NCBI GenBank assembly: GCA_023898565.1
Contig: CP060228.1
Location: 624,594 to 688,593 of the forward strand
Origin: Candidatus Nomurabacteria bacterium
Lineage (GTDB): Bacteria > Patescibacteriota > Minisyncoccia > Phycocordibacterales > UBA918
Direction of reading: 5' to 3'
Length of the DNA stretch: 64,000 bases
Shown here: positions 54,787-63,245 of the stretch, one piece after another
Layout: every line of letters begins with the position of its first letter
Position numbering within the stretch: position 1 is the stretch's first letter
Program-made: the position numbers and the translations under genes
Notes under the pieces: generated by a model
Told to the model about the DNA's origin: nothing
The model's database searches: none
The model's input: only the letters and a program-made list of their open reading frames with translations

Positions 54787-55818
54787 ATGTCAGTCACTGC
54801 AGCACTCTATCGTAAGTATCGTCCGCAAAGCTTTGCCGACGTTCGAGATCAAGATCATATCGTTTCTGTTTTAGAAGGCGCTATCAAGAAAGGGGAAATT
54901 CCCCACGCAATGCTCTTTTCAGGCACGCGCGGTACCGGAAAGACCACCTTGGCAAGACTCTTTGCTAAGGCGATTGGTACGTCGGATATAGACTTGTATG
55001 AAATCGACGCTGCTTCAAATCGTGGTATCGACGATGTGCGTGAACTCAAGGAAGCCGTGCACACGCTCCCGTATGAGTCCGAACACAAGGTGTACATTAT
55101 CGACGAGGTGCATATGCTCACCAAGGAGGCCTTTAACGCACTCCTTAAGACTCTTGAAGAGCCGCCGGTGCATGTCGTTTTTATTCTCGCAACTACCGAG
55201 GAGGATAAGCTACTGGATACCATTCTGTCTCGCTGTCAGGTCTTCCGCATGCACTCACCGTCGCGTGCTGTTTTGGCTGCCACGGTGACTGACGTAGCAG
55301 CGAAAGAAGGCTTTACACTAAGTCCTGACGCAGCGGACATGATTGCGCTCGCAGCCGACGGCTCATTTCGTGACGCGCTTGGCGTGACACAAAAGGTAAT
55401 TATGGCTTCTGGTGACGCGATTGGCAGCGTGGACGAAGTTGCGGCTATTATTGGTGCGCCAAAGACTGCAATTATGACTTCACTGCTTGAAGCCTTGCAT
55501 ACCAAAGACAGAGCGACTGCTCTAACGGCGGTAGGAGAGGCGGTTGAGAGCGGAGTAGACATGAAGCTCTTTGTTCGCTTGCTTCTCGAGCAAGTACGGG
55601 CGATTATGCTGATTCGTAACGTACCTGCTAAAAAGGACGCTATTCTAACTGCTTTTGGTGAGGATGTGCGCGAAAAGCTCGCGTTGTACGCAGGCGGAGC
55701 TTCTCCAATTAACTCTCATGCCCTTTTGCGTCTCTTAGAGGCAGCCGAATTAGTGTCTCGCTCGCCGATTCCACAAGCACCGCTTGAGATTGCATTGATA
55801 GATATTGCCGAGAAATAG
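54787..55818 (+). CDS. dnaX: DNA polymerase III subunit gamma/tau, gamma-length form (343 aa)
   Basis: YRKYRPQSFADV, Walker A GTRGTGKTT, DEVHMLT and SRCQ. Confidence 0.85.
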   Translation: MSVTAALYRKYRPQSFADVRDQDHIVSVLEGAIKKGEIPHAMLFSGTRGTGKTTLARLFAKAIGTSDIDLYEIDAASNRGIDDVRELKEAVHTLPYESEHKVYIIDEVHMLTKEAFNALLKTLEEPPVHVVFILATTEEDKLLDTILSRCQVFRMHSPSRAVLAATVTDVAAKEGFTLSPDAADMIALAADGSFRDALGVTQKVIMASGDAIGSVDEVAAIIGAPKTAIMTSLLEALHTKDRATALTAVGEAVESGVDMKLFVRLLLEQVRAIMLIRNVPAKKDAILTAFGEDVREKLALYAGGASPINSHALLRLLEAAELVSRSPIPQAPLEIALIDIAEK

Positions 55819-55819
55819 T

Positions 55820-56434
55820 ATGGAGATTTATTTTGTGCGCCATGGGCAGACTGATGGCAATCTTTCTCGTCGTCATCAGATTGATACTACAGAACTCACG
55901 TTTACCGGTCGCGAGCAGGCCGTGGCAGCCGCTAAAAAAATTAAAGCGCTTGAACCGACACATATTATTACCAGCTCACTCGTGCGCGCGATTGAAACGG
56001 CGCGGGAAATCGGCAACGAGTGCTCTATGGTGCCGGAGGTTTCTGGTCACTTCGTAGAAATCATCCGCCCGGACAGCATGGTTGGTGTACATCATTTTAG
56101 TTTTACATCACTGTGGTTTTATGTGCAGTGGTATTTTGGAAGAGATACAGCCAAGACACTCGGTGGAGAATCATACAGAGATTTACGCAATCGGATTGAA
56201 CGAGCCAAGTCTGCCCTCGCGGAGTTGCCTCAAGATGCACGGGTGGTGGTGGTCTCACACGGCGTGTTTATCAATTTCTTTTTGATTCATATGTGTGATG
56301 GGCGTTGGATGTCGCCACTTCGAGCCTTGCGGGCACTTAAGAGTATTCTCCATATGCCCAACACTAAAATTACAAAAATATCTTATGACCCAGCAGTGTC
56401 AGATAATGTTTGTGCTTGGGCTGTCGATAGATAG
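55820..56434 (+). CDS. histidine phosphatase superfamily protein (phosphoglycerate mutase-like)
   Basis: MEIYFVRHGQTDGN is the RHG catalytic motif. The track's TTG start at 55805 overlaps the dnaX stop. Confidence 0.75.
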   Translation: MEIYFVRHGQTDGNLSRRHQIDTTELTFTGREQAVAAAKKIKALEPTHIITSSLVRAIETAREIGNECSMVPEVSGHFVEIIRPDSMVGVHHFSFTSLWFYVQWYFGRDTAKTLGGESYRDLRNRIERAKSALAELPQDARVVVVSHGVFINFFLIHMCDGRWMSPLRALRALKSILHMPNTKITKISYDPAVSDNVCAWAVDR

Positions 56435-56472
56435 CTTGAAAGTTCTCAAATTTCTGGCAGTATAGTGCCACT

Positions 56473-56501
56473 GGGGCGAAATTGCTTCGCAATTTCGCCC
56501 C
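56473..56501. terminator. 13-bp hairpin terminator
   Basis: GGGGCGAAATTGC-TTC-GCAATTTCGCCCC. Confidence 0.6.
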
Positions 56502-56661
56502 GCCAAACAAATTGCCAGATCGTCTAATGGAATGAAATCACAGATTTCATTCTTGGCCAGCGCTCGGAACATGAATATAAGCAAGCTCATATTCAGTTCC
56601 TCGCTTGACCAAGTCAGGACTACCGTCCTCTCATTAGGCGACCAGGCAGCAAAGTAAACTT

Positions 56662-56731
56662 TGCCCGATCGTCTAATGGTAGGACTCTGGTTTCTGGCAC
56701 CAGCTATCGAGGTTCGAATCCTTGTCGGGCA
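56662..56731 (+). tRNA. tRNA-Gln (anticodon CUG) with a U1-A72 pair and G73
   Basis: TGCCCGATCGTCTAATGGTAGGACTCTGGTTTCTGGCACCAGCTATCGAGGTTCGAATCCTTGTCGGGCAG. The T-arm is nearly identical to that of E. coli tRNA-Gln. Confidence 0.75.
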
Positions 56732-56809
56732 GCTCGCTAATTTATCCTTATTTATCAATACTAAAATATAGCACCATCAGGACTGTGGAACTTTTGGTAT
56801 ACTTAAGTT

Positions 56810-57136
56810 ATGAATGAAAATATTCCAACAAACGAAGGTAATGTTGAAAAGTTTCCAAACGAGCGGGAGATTTTAAATCTTTTCGAGGAAATTATCGGTG
56901 GCGATTTTGAAATATCTCGACAGCTAGAAGATGAAGGTGGTTTGTATATACTCGAAGTACGTACAAAAGATGAGATTGGTGACGTGGTTCAGTACAACTA
57001 CATACGAGCAGGTAAGTATCCAGAGGGGAGCTCCTCAGAGACGGTGATTGATGTGATTTATTATGATGGTGACATTCCTGTTGGTGGACACCCTGTGAAA
57101 AAGTACAAAGAGGGTGTTTGGGTAGATGAAGTTTAA
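56810..57136 (+). CDS. hypothetical protein (108 aa)
   Basis: No recognisable motif. Confidence 0.45.
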   Translation: MNENIPTNEGNVEKFPNEREILNLFEEIIGGDFEISRQLEDEGGLYILEVRTKDEIGDVVQYNYIRAGKYPEGSSSETVIDVIYYDGDIPVGGHPVKKYKEGVWVDEV

Positions 57137-57364
57137 GACAGTAAAAAAGTTCGAACATTGTTCCAAACAGCCAGTACTCTCTCAGCCGTCCACGTGGCTG
57201 AACGTAAGGGGTCACGACAGCGTTTGATGCGCAGGTAGTCGCCCAGACGAATATAAAAAACTTTCTTAAGTCACCTTCAACAGCAAAGTTTTGCATGTCG
57301 GATATGGAAGATTTGGGCGACGACCAAGTAATTCGGTTGTAAATAATGTGCTATTCTTTTTCTA

Positions 57365-58177
57365 ATGAAGCCAGAAGATATCGAGTCTGAAAACAGATTA
57401 AAAAAGCACTTTACTGAAGTGACCTCATTGTCAAAGTATTTGACTTTATTATTATTCATCGCTATGCCATTTATAGGTGGTTGGGTTGGATATGCTTACG
57501 CTCCAGAAAAAGTAGTTGAGGTAGAAAAGGTAGTGATCAAGGAGGTGTCAGTGGAGGTTCCTGTAACTGATATTGTGTCGGATGGAGGCATGGTGAAGGA
57601 AGACGCTTATGATTGGTGTATCCGAAATGGTGGTGTCGACAGGACATTGAGTTTTAATGCTCCCAAAGTGTGTATTTTAAAAAATAAGGCATACAAATTT
57701 AACTGTGTCAGCAACAATAAATACTTTGTTATTCAAAACAGCGTAAGTGGAGGATATGCAAATATCGTTGTTAAGCAAAAAGGTTCGTCGGAGCAAATCT
57801 TCCCTTGCGAGTATTCTGTTGATGCTGGTGATTTTGTAATAGAGAGTGAGGGCCCGGACTATCTTTTTGCATTGGAAGGTAACCACCTGCTCGTTGATAG
57901 TGGTACCGGACCTGCTCCTCGAGGTCTGACGGTCTATGATCTTCTTACTGAGACAAAAGTTTTCGACGATTCTTACTTGGGTCCAGTGGGTATCAAAGAC
58001 GGGCAAGTAACCTACTGGACCACTTCTGCTACCGAAGCTTCAGAAAGCAATTGTCCTGAATATTCTGAGATAAATAATAATTATTTGACGCCTGCTATTG
58101 ATGATCATGTTATGCTTGATTTGGCGACTTTGTCTAAGATTAAATTGGGAGACAGTAGGTGTTCAGCACGACAATAG
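57365..58177 (+). CDS. hypothetical secreted/membrane-anchored protein (270 aa)
   Basis: N-terminal TM segment and a Cys-containing ectodomain. TGCTATTCT (an extended -10) lies 7 nt before the ATG. Confidence 0.5.
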   Translation: MKPEDIESENRLKKHFTEVTSLSKYLTLLLFIAMPFIGGWVGYAYAPEKVVEVEKVVIKEVSVEVPVTDIVSDGGMVKEDAYDWCIRNGGVDRTLSFNAPKVCILKNKAYKFNCVSNNKYFVIQNSVSGGYANIVVKQKGSSEQIFPCEYSVDAGDFVIESEGPDYLFALEGNHLLVDSGTGPAPRGLTVYDLLTETKVFDDSYLGPVGIKDGQVTYWTTSATEASESNCPEYSEINNNYLTPAIDDHVMLDLATLSKIKLGDSRCSARQ

Positions 58178-58250
58178 TCCCAACTTCATCCCAAACAGCC
58201 AGCACTACAACTCTCTTCACGCGCAGCGGCAAAATGGGTAGAATAGACGC

Positions 58251-58817
58251 ATGTTGTTTTTTTATTTGCAGGAGATTAATTTCGCGCTTGCGCTTGGAGG
58301 CTTGGCGTTGCTGACCGCGACCATGCTCCTCTACGTCGATTTTTTTGTTTATAAGGGCAAATATTTTGCTGCAAAGCTTAGGCGGTGTCTCTGGTACATT
58401 CCGATGTTTATCACGGTGACTTCGGTCGCACTGTCGCTTCTGTACTCGGAGTATTTTGGGTTTGTGCCGTGTTCGCTTTGTTGGTTGCAGCGCATTGCGA
58501 TTTATCCGCAGGCGCTCCTGTCAATTATGGCTCTTAAGGTTAGGGATACTGTGTATTTTCCGTTGTATGGAATTGGGTTGTCGATTTTTGGTTTCTTGGT
58601 GGCTGCCTACCAGTACATGTACCAGATGATACCGAAAGAAAAACTAGAGTCTGGAGTTTTGCCGTGTCTGGTAGACGGAAGCGGAGCAGACTGTGCAGAA
58701 AAGATTATTAACGAATTTGGGTTTGTGACATTTCCGTTTATTTCAGCGGTTACGCTGGCGTTTCTCATTGTAGTATATCTGTATCTGCGAAAATTTGGTG
58801 AGGTGAAAGGAGGGTAA
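58251..58817 (+). CDS. DsbB/BdbC-family disulfide bond formation protein
   Basis: Four TM segments with the redox pair in VPCSLCWLQR; a second Cys pair lies in the later loop. Confidence 0.7.
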   Translation: MLFFYLQEINFALALGGLALLTATMLLYVDFFVYKGKYFAAKLRRCLWYIPMFITVTSVALSLLYSEYFGFVPCSLCWLQRIAIYPQALLSIMALKVRDTVYFPLYGIGLSIFGFLVAAYQYMYQMIPKEKLESGVLPCLVDGSGADCAEKIINEFGFVTFPFISAVTLAFLIVVYLYLRKFGEVKGG

Positions 58818-58884
58818 GACTGGAACGGGCCAGCTGTCGCGTCAGTAGATAAGCCTGGCATCAATCTCTGGTATACTTTTTGTA

Positions 58885-59172
58885 ATGAATAAGATTAGCG
58901 AACAAGCAGCGCGAGTGGAAGCGGAGATTAAAAAGCTTGAGGCTATGGGTGGTTCGATCACAGGTATGGGGAAGCAGGTGCGTGATTCGGTGTTTGCGCG
59001 CTTCCCGGTAGTGTTTGTTCTTCTGTCGACTTTTGGTTTGGTGGCGACTTTATACGGGTTTGAGAAAGTGATTGATGAAGTTGATTTCTTTGCGGAACAC
59101 CCGTTTATGATTTTGCTCGCTGGATTGATTTCGCTTGCGCTTACCGGAACGCTTTATAAAAAATTGAATTAA
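58885..59172 (+). CDS. small membrane protein (95 aa), hypothetical
   Basis: TGGTATACT lies 7 nt before the ATG, which suggests a leaderless mRNA. Confidence 0.45.
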   Translation: MNKISEQAARVEAEIKKLEAMGGSITGMGKQVRDSVFARFPVVFVLLSTFGLVATLYGFEKVIDEVDFFAEHPFMILLAGLISLALTGTLYKKLN

Positions 59173-59225
59173 ACTTTAGTTTCCTGCAGCGTTGCTTCGC
59201 GTTGGCTCTGGTATAGTAGAGGAGT

Positions 59226-59393
59226 ATGGAACAAAAACATTACATTTGCCTTGGCGGATGCCGTGGTGTGTCAGAACATCCGGGGGTGTGCCAGGCGCCT
59301 GATTGTGAGAATCATCAGCACGAACTTATCGAATGTCACTGTACTGATGGGTTGCATAATAATTTTGAACCAGTCGAGTCGGATGTTGAATAG
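59226..59393 (+). CDS. unannotated 55-aa Cys/His-rich putative metal-binding protein (MEQKHYICLGGCRGVSEHPGVCQAPDCENHQHELIECHCTDGLHNNFEPVESDVE)
   Basis: GGAG SD 4 nt before the ATG, 6 Cys and 6 His. It is followed by a hairpin plus T-run at ~59395-59425. The 69-aa alternative frame at 59251-59460 in the track looks like noise. Confidence 0.45.
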   Translation: MEQKHYICLGGCRGVSEHPGVCQAPDCENHQHELIECHCTDGLHNNFEPVESDVE

Positions 59394-59456
59394 CAAAAAC
59401 GGGCCCTGGGCCTGTTTTTGTTTGACTGAAAGTGATGGAGGTCGTACGCTACGTGG

Positions 59457-60719
59457 ATGAATAAAACTGATGGCGGTGAACGAACTATCTGGGACGTGGT
59501 GGTAGTAGGTGGTGGGCCAGCGGGGATGATGGCGGCGGCAACAGCCGCCGCCTCTGGTGCCTCGGTGCTCCTCTTGGAAAAGAATAATCGCTTAGGCAAG
59601 AAGCTCTCCATTACTGGTGGAGGACGGTGTAATATCACCAACAATAAGCCAGTTGTGCGCGACATGCTGGCGTCATATAAAGATGAAGGTAAGTTTCTGT
59701 TTTCTACCTTTTCGCAGCATGGTGTTGTGGAATCGCTGGCGTGGTTTTTGGATCGCGGCATGGCTGTAAAAGAAGAAAACGAAGGGCGCTTGTTTCCGGC
59801 AAGCGAATCAGCCGAAGACGTGTGTCGATTACTGGAAACGGAATTGCAGAAGCAGGCGGTGGCCGTGCTTTCAAATCAGACGGCACTTCGTATCTCTAAG
59901 AATCAGGTTGAGCAACACTTTGTCGTTGAGACAGAGGCAAATGTATTCCAGGCAAAACGGTGTGTGCTTGCCACTGGTGGCTATGCTCGCCCTGATACTG
60001 GTTCGACGGGTGATGGTTTTCTTTGGTTGCAGTCCTTTGGGCACACGATTCACAAAAATAGCGGCGCTTTGGTGCCAGTAGTGCTTCGCACTGTTTGGAC
60101 AAAGTCACTCAGCGGTCTCACACTGCCGGAAGTGGGGGTGAGCGTATGGGTGGATGGAAAAAAACAGTTTGCCAAAACCGGGCGTGTGCTTTTTACACAC
60201 GTTGGTCTCTCTGGTCCGCTTATTTTAAACATGAGTAAACAAATCGGTGATTATCTGTCTGAGGGCTCGGTAGAGCTTCGATTCAATTTGTTTCCCGGTG
60301 TCGATGCTGGTGTGCTGAAATTACAGCTCACAGAATTACTGACGTCAAACAAAAAGCTGCAGAACGCTTTGGCGGAAGTGCTTCCGGCTCAGCTGGTGCG
60401 AGGGTTGCTTGGTGAGCTTGGTATTGACGGTGAAACACCGTGCCATAGTGTCGAGCGGGAAGTGAGAGGGTTGCTGTTGCAGGCGTTCCAAAGCATGCCG
60501 CTTGTGGTGGATGGACTGCTCGGAGAAGATAAGGCGATTGTTTCTTCAGGTGGAGTGGAGTTAACTGAAATCGACTTCAAAACCATGTCATCAAAATTGA
60601 TACCAGGGCTGCATGTGGTGGGAGATCTTTTGAATATCAACCGACCGTCTGGTGGGTACAGCTTGCAGTTGTGCTGGAGTACTGGGTATGTGGCAGGGCT
60701 GCATGCGGCAAGGGGGTGA
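59457..60719 (+). CDS. FAD-dependent oxidoreductase, HI0933/BaiN (YhiN) family
   Basis: Dinucleotide motif VVVVGGGPAGMMAA, then GRCNITN. Confidence 0.75.
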   Translation: MNKTDGGERTIWDVVVVGGGPAGMMAAATAAASGASVLLLEKNNRLGKKLSITGGGRCNITNNKPVVRDMLASYKDEGKFLFSTFSQHGVVESLAWFLDRGMAVKEENEGRLFPASESAEDVCRLLETELQKQAVAVLSNQTALRISKNQVEQHFVVETEANVFQAKRCVLATGGYARPDTGSTGDGFLWLQSFGHTIHKNSGALVPVVLRTVWTKSLSGLTLPEVGVSVWVDGKKQFAKTGRVLFTHVGLSGPLILNMSKQIGDYLSEGSVELRFNLFPGVDAGVLKLQLTELLTSNKKLQNALAEVLPAQLVRGLLGELGIDGETPCHSVEREVRGLLLQAFQSMPLVVDGLLGEDKAIVSSGGVELTEIDFKTMSSKLIPGLHVVGDLLNINRPSGGYSLQLCWSTGYVAGLHAARG

Positions 60720-60740
60720 GAGTTTGGTACACTATAGAAT

Positions 60741-60989
60741 ATGTCCGCTCGAGTTTCACAAGGTGTAGTGCACAGAGTGCCGAACGATATGCGGGTAATG
60801 CTGACGTCGGCACCGGAAGTGTTGACGGCTTGGAATAAGCTCACGCCACTGGCGCGCAACGAATGGATTTGTTGGACAACTTCGGTAAAGAAGGCGGAGA
60901 CTAGGGCGCAGCATATTGAGCGAGTGCGAGCTGATATGTTAAAAGGCAAACGTCGGCCGTGTTGTTGGCCAGGGTGTCCGCATCGATAG
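60741..60989 (+). CDS. YdeI/OmpD-associated family small protein
   Basis: TAWNKLTPLARNEWICWTTSVKKAETRAQHIERV fits the family pattern. Confidence 0.5.
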   Translation: MSARVSQGVVHRVPNDMRVMLTSAPEVLTAWNKLTPLARNEWICWTTSVKKAETRAQHIERVRADMLKGKRRPCCWPGCPHR

Positions 60990-60990
60990 C

Positions 60991-61026
60991 AAAAGCCGGC
61001 AAACGCGCAGCGTTTGCCGGCTTTTG
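60991..61026. repeat. terminator-hairpin repeat copy 1; an identical 37-mer occurs at 63107-63143
   Basis: CAAAAGCCGGCAAACGCGCAGCGTTTGCCGGCTTTTG. A variant with a different loop lies at 27679-27710. Confidence 0.7.
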
Positions 61027-61041
61027 CTATACTAATAGTAT

Positions 61042-61428
61042 ATGAAGTGGGCAGCTGCATTAATCGGACTATTTTTCTTAGGAGGCATTCAACTAGGTTT
61101 GTTTGTGTTGTCTGTCGACAGGGGCGAAATGAGCGCGGGTGAGAGTGATTGCCCGTTCATGGCTAACCATGAAGTGTGGTGTCCGATGGATTTGTTTGAT
61201 CACATAAGTGCCTGGCAGGCTAACTTCGTTACTTTAGTACCATCGGTTATGGTATTTTTCGGACTTGTTACGGTTGGGGTGTTGCCACTTTTTTTAATCT
61301 CAGTAATCAGGCCCGATTCTCCAAGACAGGTTTCCCCCACGGCACGTCACTGGCGAGATATTCATAATCCTCTTAGGGAGCTGTTTGCTAGCGGTGTTTT
61401 ACATCCTAAGGTGTACCTACAATCTTAG
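61042..61428 (+). CDS. hypothetical membrane protein (128 aa)
   Basis: Two or three TM helices. It lies between the terminator repeat and the multicopper oxidase gene. Confidence 0.45.
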   Translation: MKWAAALIGLFFLGGIQLGLFVLSVDRGEMSAGESDCPFMANHEVWCPMDLFDHISAWQANFVTLVPSVMVFFGLVTVGVLPLFLISVIRPDSPRQVSPTARHWRDIHNPLRELFASGVLHPKVYLQS

Positions 61429-61457
61429 TTTATTTTTTAAAGGATAACTAAGAGAAT

Positions 61458-63095
61458 ATGAAATACATAGTAAGTATTATTGTAGCTGCGTTTATTATTG
61501 GTGGCGCTGTCATGCTTTCAAAGCAAGCGCCAAGAGAATTGCTCTATGGTGTTGAGGAAGGGAGAATGGAACTGTTTGACGAACATGACGTACCTTTGGT
61601 ACAGCCAACAGAAGTCGTAGAGCTCAAAGATGGTGACGCGTTTGATTTGACGGCTTCAATTGTGAAGCAGGAAGTTGGTAATCGAGTAGTAAAGCGTTTG
61701 GCATACAATGGACAGATTCCAGGGCCGGTCATTAAGGTAGAAAAGGGTGCAAAAGTGACTATTAATTTTACGAATAAAATTGACATGGATACCGCACTTC
61801 ATTCGCACGGATTGCGCGGTGATTGGAAAATGGATGGGGCGGTACCGATAACCCCACCGGTCGCAATCGGCAAATCGTTTTCGTATGAGCTCGAATTCCC
61901 CGATGCTGGCGTGTATTGGTATCATCCACACGTGCGAGAAGATTACCAGCAAGAGCTCGGTCTCTATGGGAATTTTATTGTGGAGGAGGAACAGTATTGG
62001 AACCAAGTGGCAGCAGAAGAATATCTGATTGTGGACGATATTTTAGAAGACGGGAGATTTTATAGCGACGTGATCACCAATACGCTTATGGGTCGGTACG
62101 GTAACAAGTTGCTCATAAATGACCAGGCTGACTATGAACTCTCCGTTTCTGCTGGTAATGTAACAAGACTTTTTATTACCAACGTGGCCAATACTCGGAC
62201 TTTCGACCTAGCGTTTCCTGGTGCTGAAGTGAAGAAGGTGGGTGGAGATTTGGGTCGGATTGAGCATGAGGAGTTGATAAGTCATCAGATAATTGCGCCA
62301 GCTGAGCGATATGTGCTTGAGGTGGTGTATGCGGAGCCAGGTGAATACATCATTGAACATCGTGGTCAGTTACTTGGTAAGGTTGCTGTGAGTGAGTCAC
62401 ACGAAGGTGTGTCTGATGACTTTTCTGTGCTTAGAGATAATGTAGATGATTATGCGGCTATTCGTACAAATTTTGCTTCGTATTTGGGAGCAGAGCCAGA
62501 CAAACAGCTTCGTCTTACCATGCACATGAAAGGCATGGGCGGCGGAATGATGAGTGGCGGAATGATGAGTGGCGGCGAAGGGGTAGTGAATCTGATGGGC
62601 ATGGAGATGACTCACGAACAAGCAGTAGAGCATTGTGAGATGATGCCGCAAATGGCTGGCTGCGAGCCGTATTTAAGTGCTGAAGGTCATGTAAGCGACG
62701 GTATCGAGTGGGAAGATACTATGCAAATGATGAATAATACAAGTACAGATGAAACGCTTGAATGGGTGATTGAAGATACTGCTACCAAGCTCCAGAATGA
62801 AAAGATTGACTGGCAATTTAGAGCGGGAGATATGGTAAAAGTGCGGGTGTATAACGATCCAGAAAGCATGCATCCAATGCAGCATCCGCTACACTTCCAT
62901 GGCCAGCGTTTTGTGGTGTTGGCGCGTGATGGTGCTCCAAATGATAATCTGCAGTGGAAGGATACGGTCTTAATTCCGCAAGGTCAGACTGTCGATCTCT
63001 TGGTGGATATGAGCAATCCTGGCAACTGGATGGCGCACTGCCACATTGCTGAACATTTACATGCCGGCATGATGTTTCAGTTTAAGGTTGAGTAG
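61458..63095 (+). CDS. multicopper oxidase (CueO/laccase-like) with a Met-rich insert
   Basis: Copper ligands HSHGL, WYHPH and HCHIAEHLHAGMM; the Met-rich loop is MHMKGMGGGMMSGGMMSGGEGVVNLMGMEM. Confidence 0.85.
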   Translation: MKYIVSIIVAAFIIGGAVMLSKQAPRELLYGVEEGRMELFDEHDVPLVQPTEVVELKDGDAFDLTASIVKQEVGNRVVKRLAYNGQIPGPVIKVEKGAKVTINFTNKIDMDTALHSHGLRGDWKMDGAVPITPPVAIGKSFSYELEFPDAGVYWYHPHVREDYQQELGLYGNFIVEEEQYWNQVAAEEYLIVDDILEDGRFYSDVITNTLMGRYGNKLLINDQADYELSVSAGNVTRLFITNVANTRTFDLAFPGAEVKKVGGDLGRIEHEELISHQIIAPAERYVLEVVYAEPGEYIIEHRGQLLGKVAVSESHEGVSDDFSVLRDNVDDYAAIRTNFASYLGAEPDKQLRLTMHMKGMGGGMMSGGMMSGGEGVVNLMGMEMTHEQAVEHCEMMPQMAGCEPYLSAEGHVSDGIEWEDTMQMMNNTSTDETLEWVIEDTATKLQNEKIDWQFRAGDMVKVRVYNDPESMHPMQHPLHFHGQRFVVLARDGAPNDNLQWKDTVLIPQGQTVDLLVDMSNPGNWMAHCHIAEHLHAGMMFQFKVE

Positions 63096-63106
63096 GTAGG
63101 TTTGCT

Positions 63107-63143
63107 CAAAAGCCGGCAAACGCGCAGCGTTTGCCGGCTTTTG
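63107..63143. repeat. terminator-hairpin repeat copy 2, identical to 60991-61026
   Basis: CAAAAGCCGGCAAACGCGCAGCGTTTGCCGGCTTTTG immediately after the multicopper oxidase stop. Confidence 0.7.
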
Positions 63144-63245
63144 TAATACTACTCATCATTTCGTGTAGTAATATCTAGAGAAATGCAGTCTTTCTTTAAT
63201 TACTAATCTGCCAACCGTTACAATACGTTGGCAATAACGAATCGT

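Noticed and set aside
56512-56660. Intron-containing or second tRNA gene upstream of tRNA-Gln
   Set aside because: Only the acceptor and D-arm 5' half are present. There is no anticodon arm in register and no T-arm, and an intact copy lies 150 nt downstream. A truncated duplicate or integration scar is more plausible.
59251-59460. 69-aa ORF (MADAVVCQNIRGCARRL...) listed in the track
   Set aside because: The alternative frame 59226-59393 has an SD, a terminator and a coherent Cys/His-rich sequence. The listed frame lacks all three and runs through the terminator hairpin.
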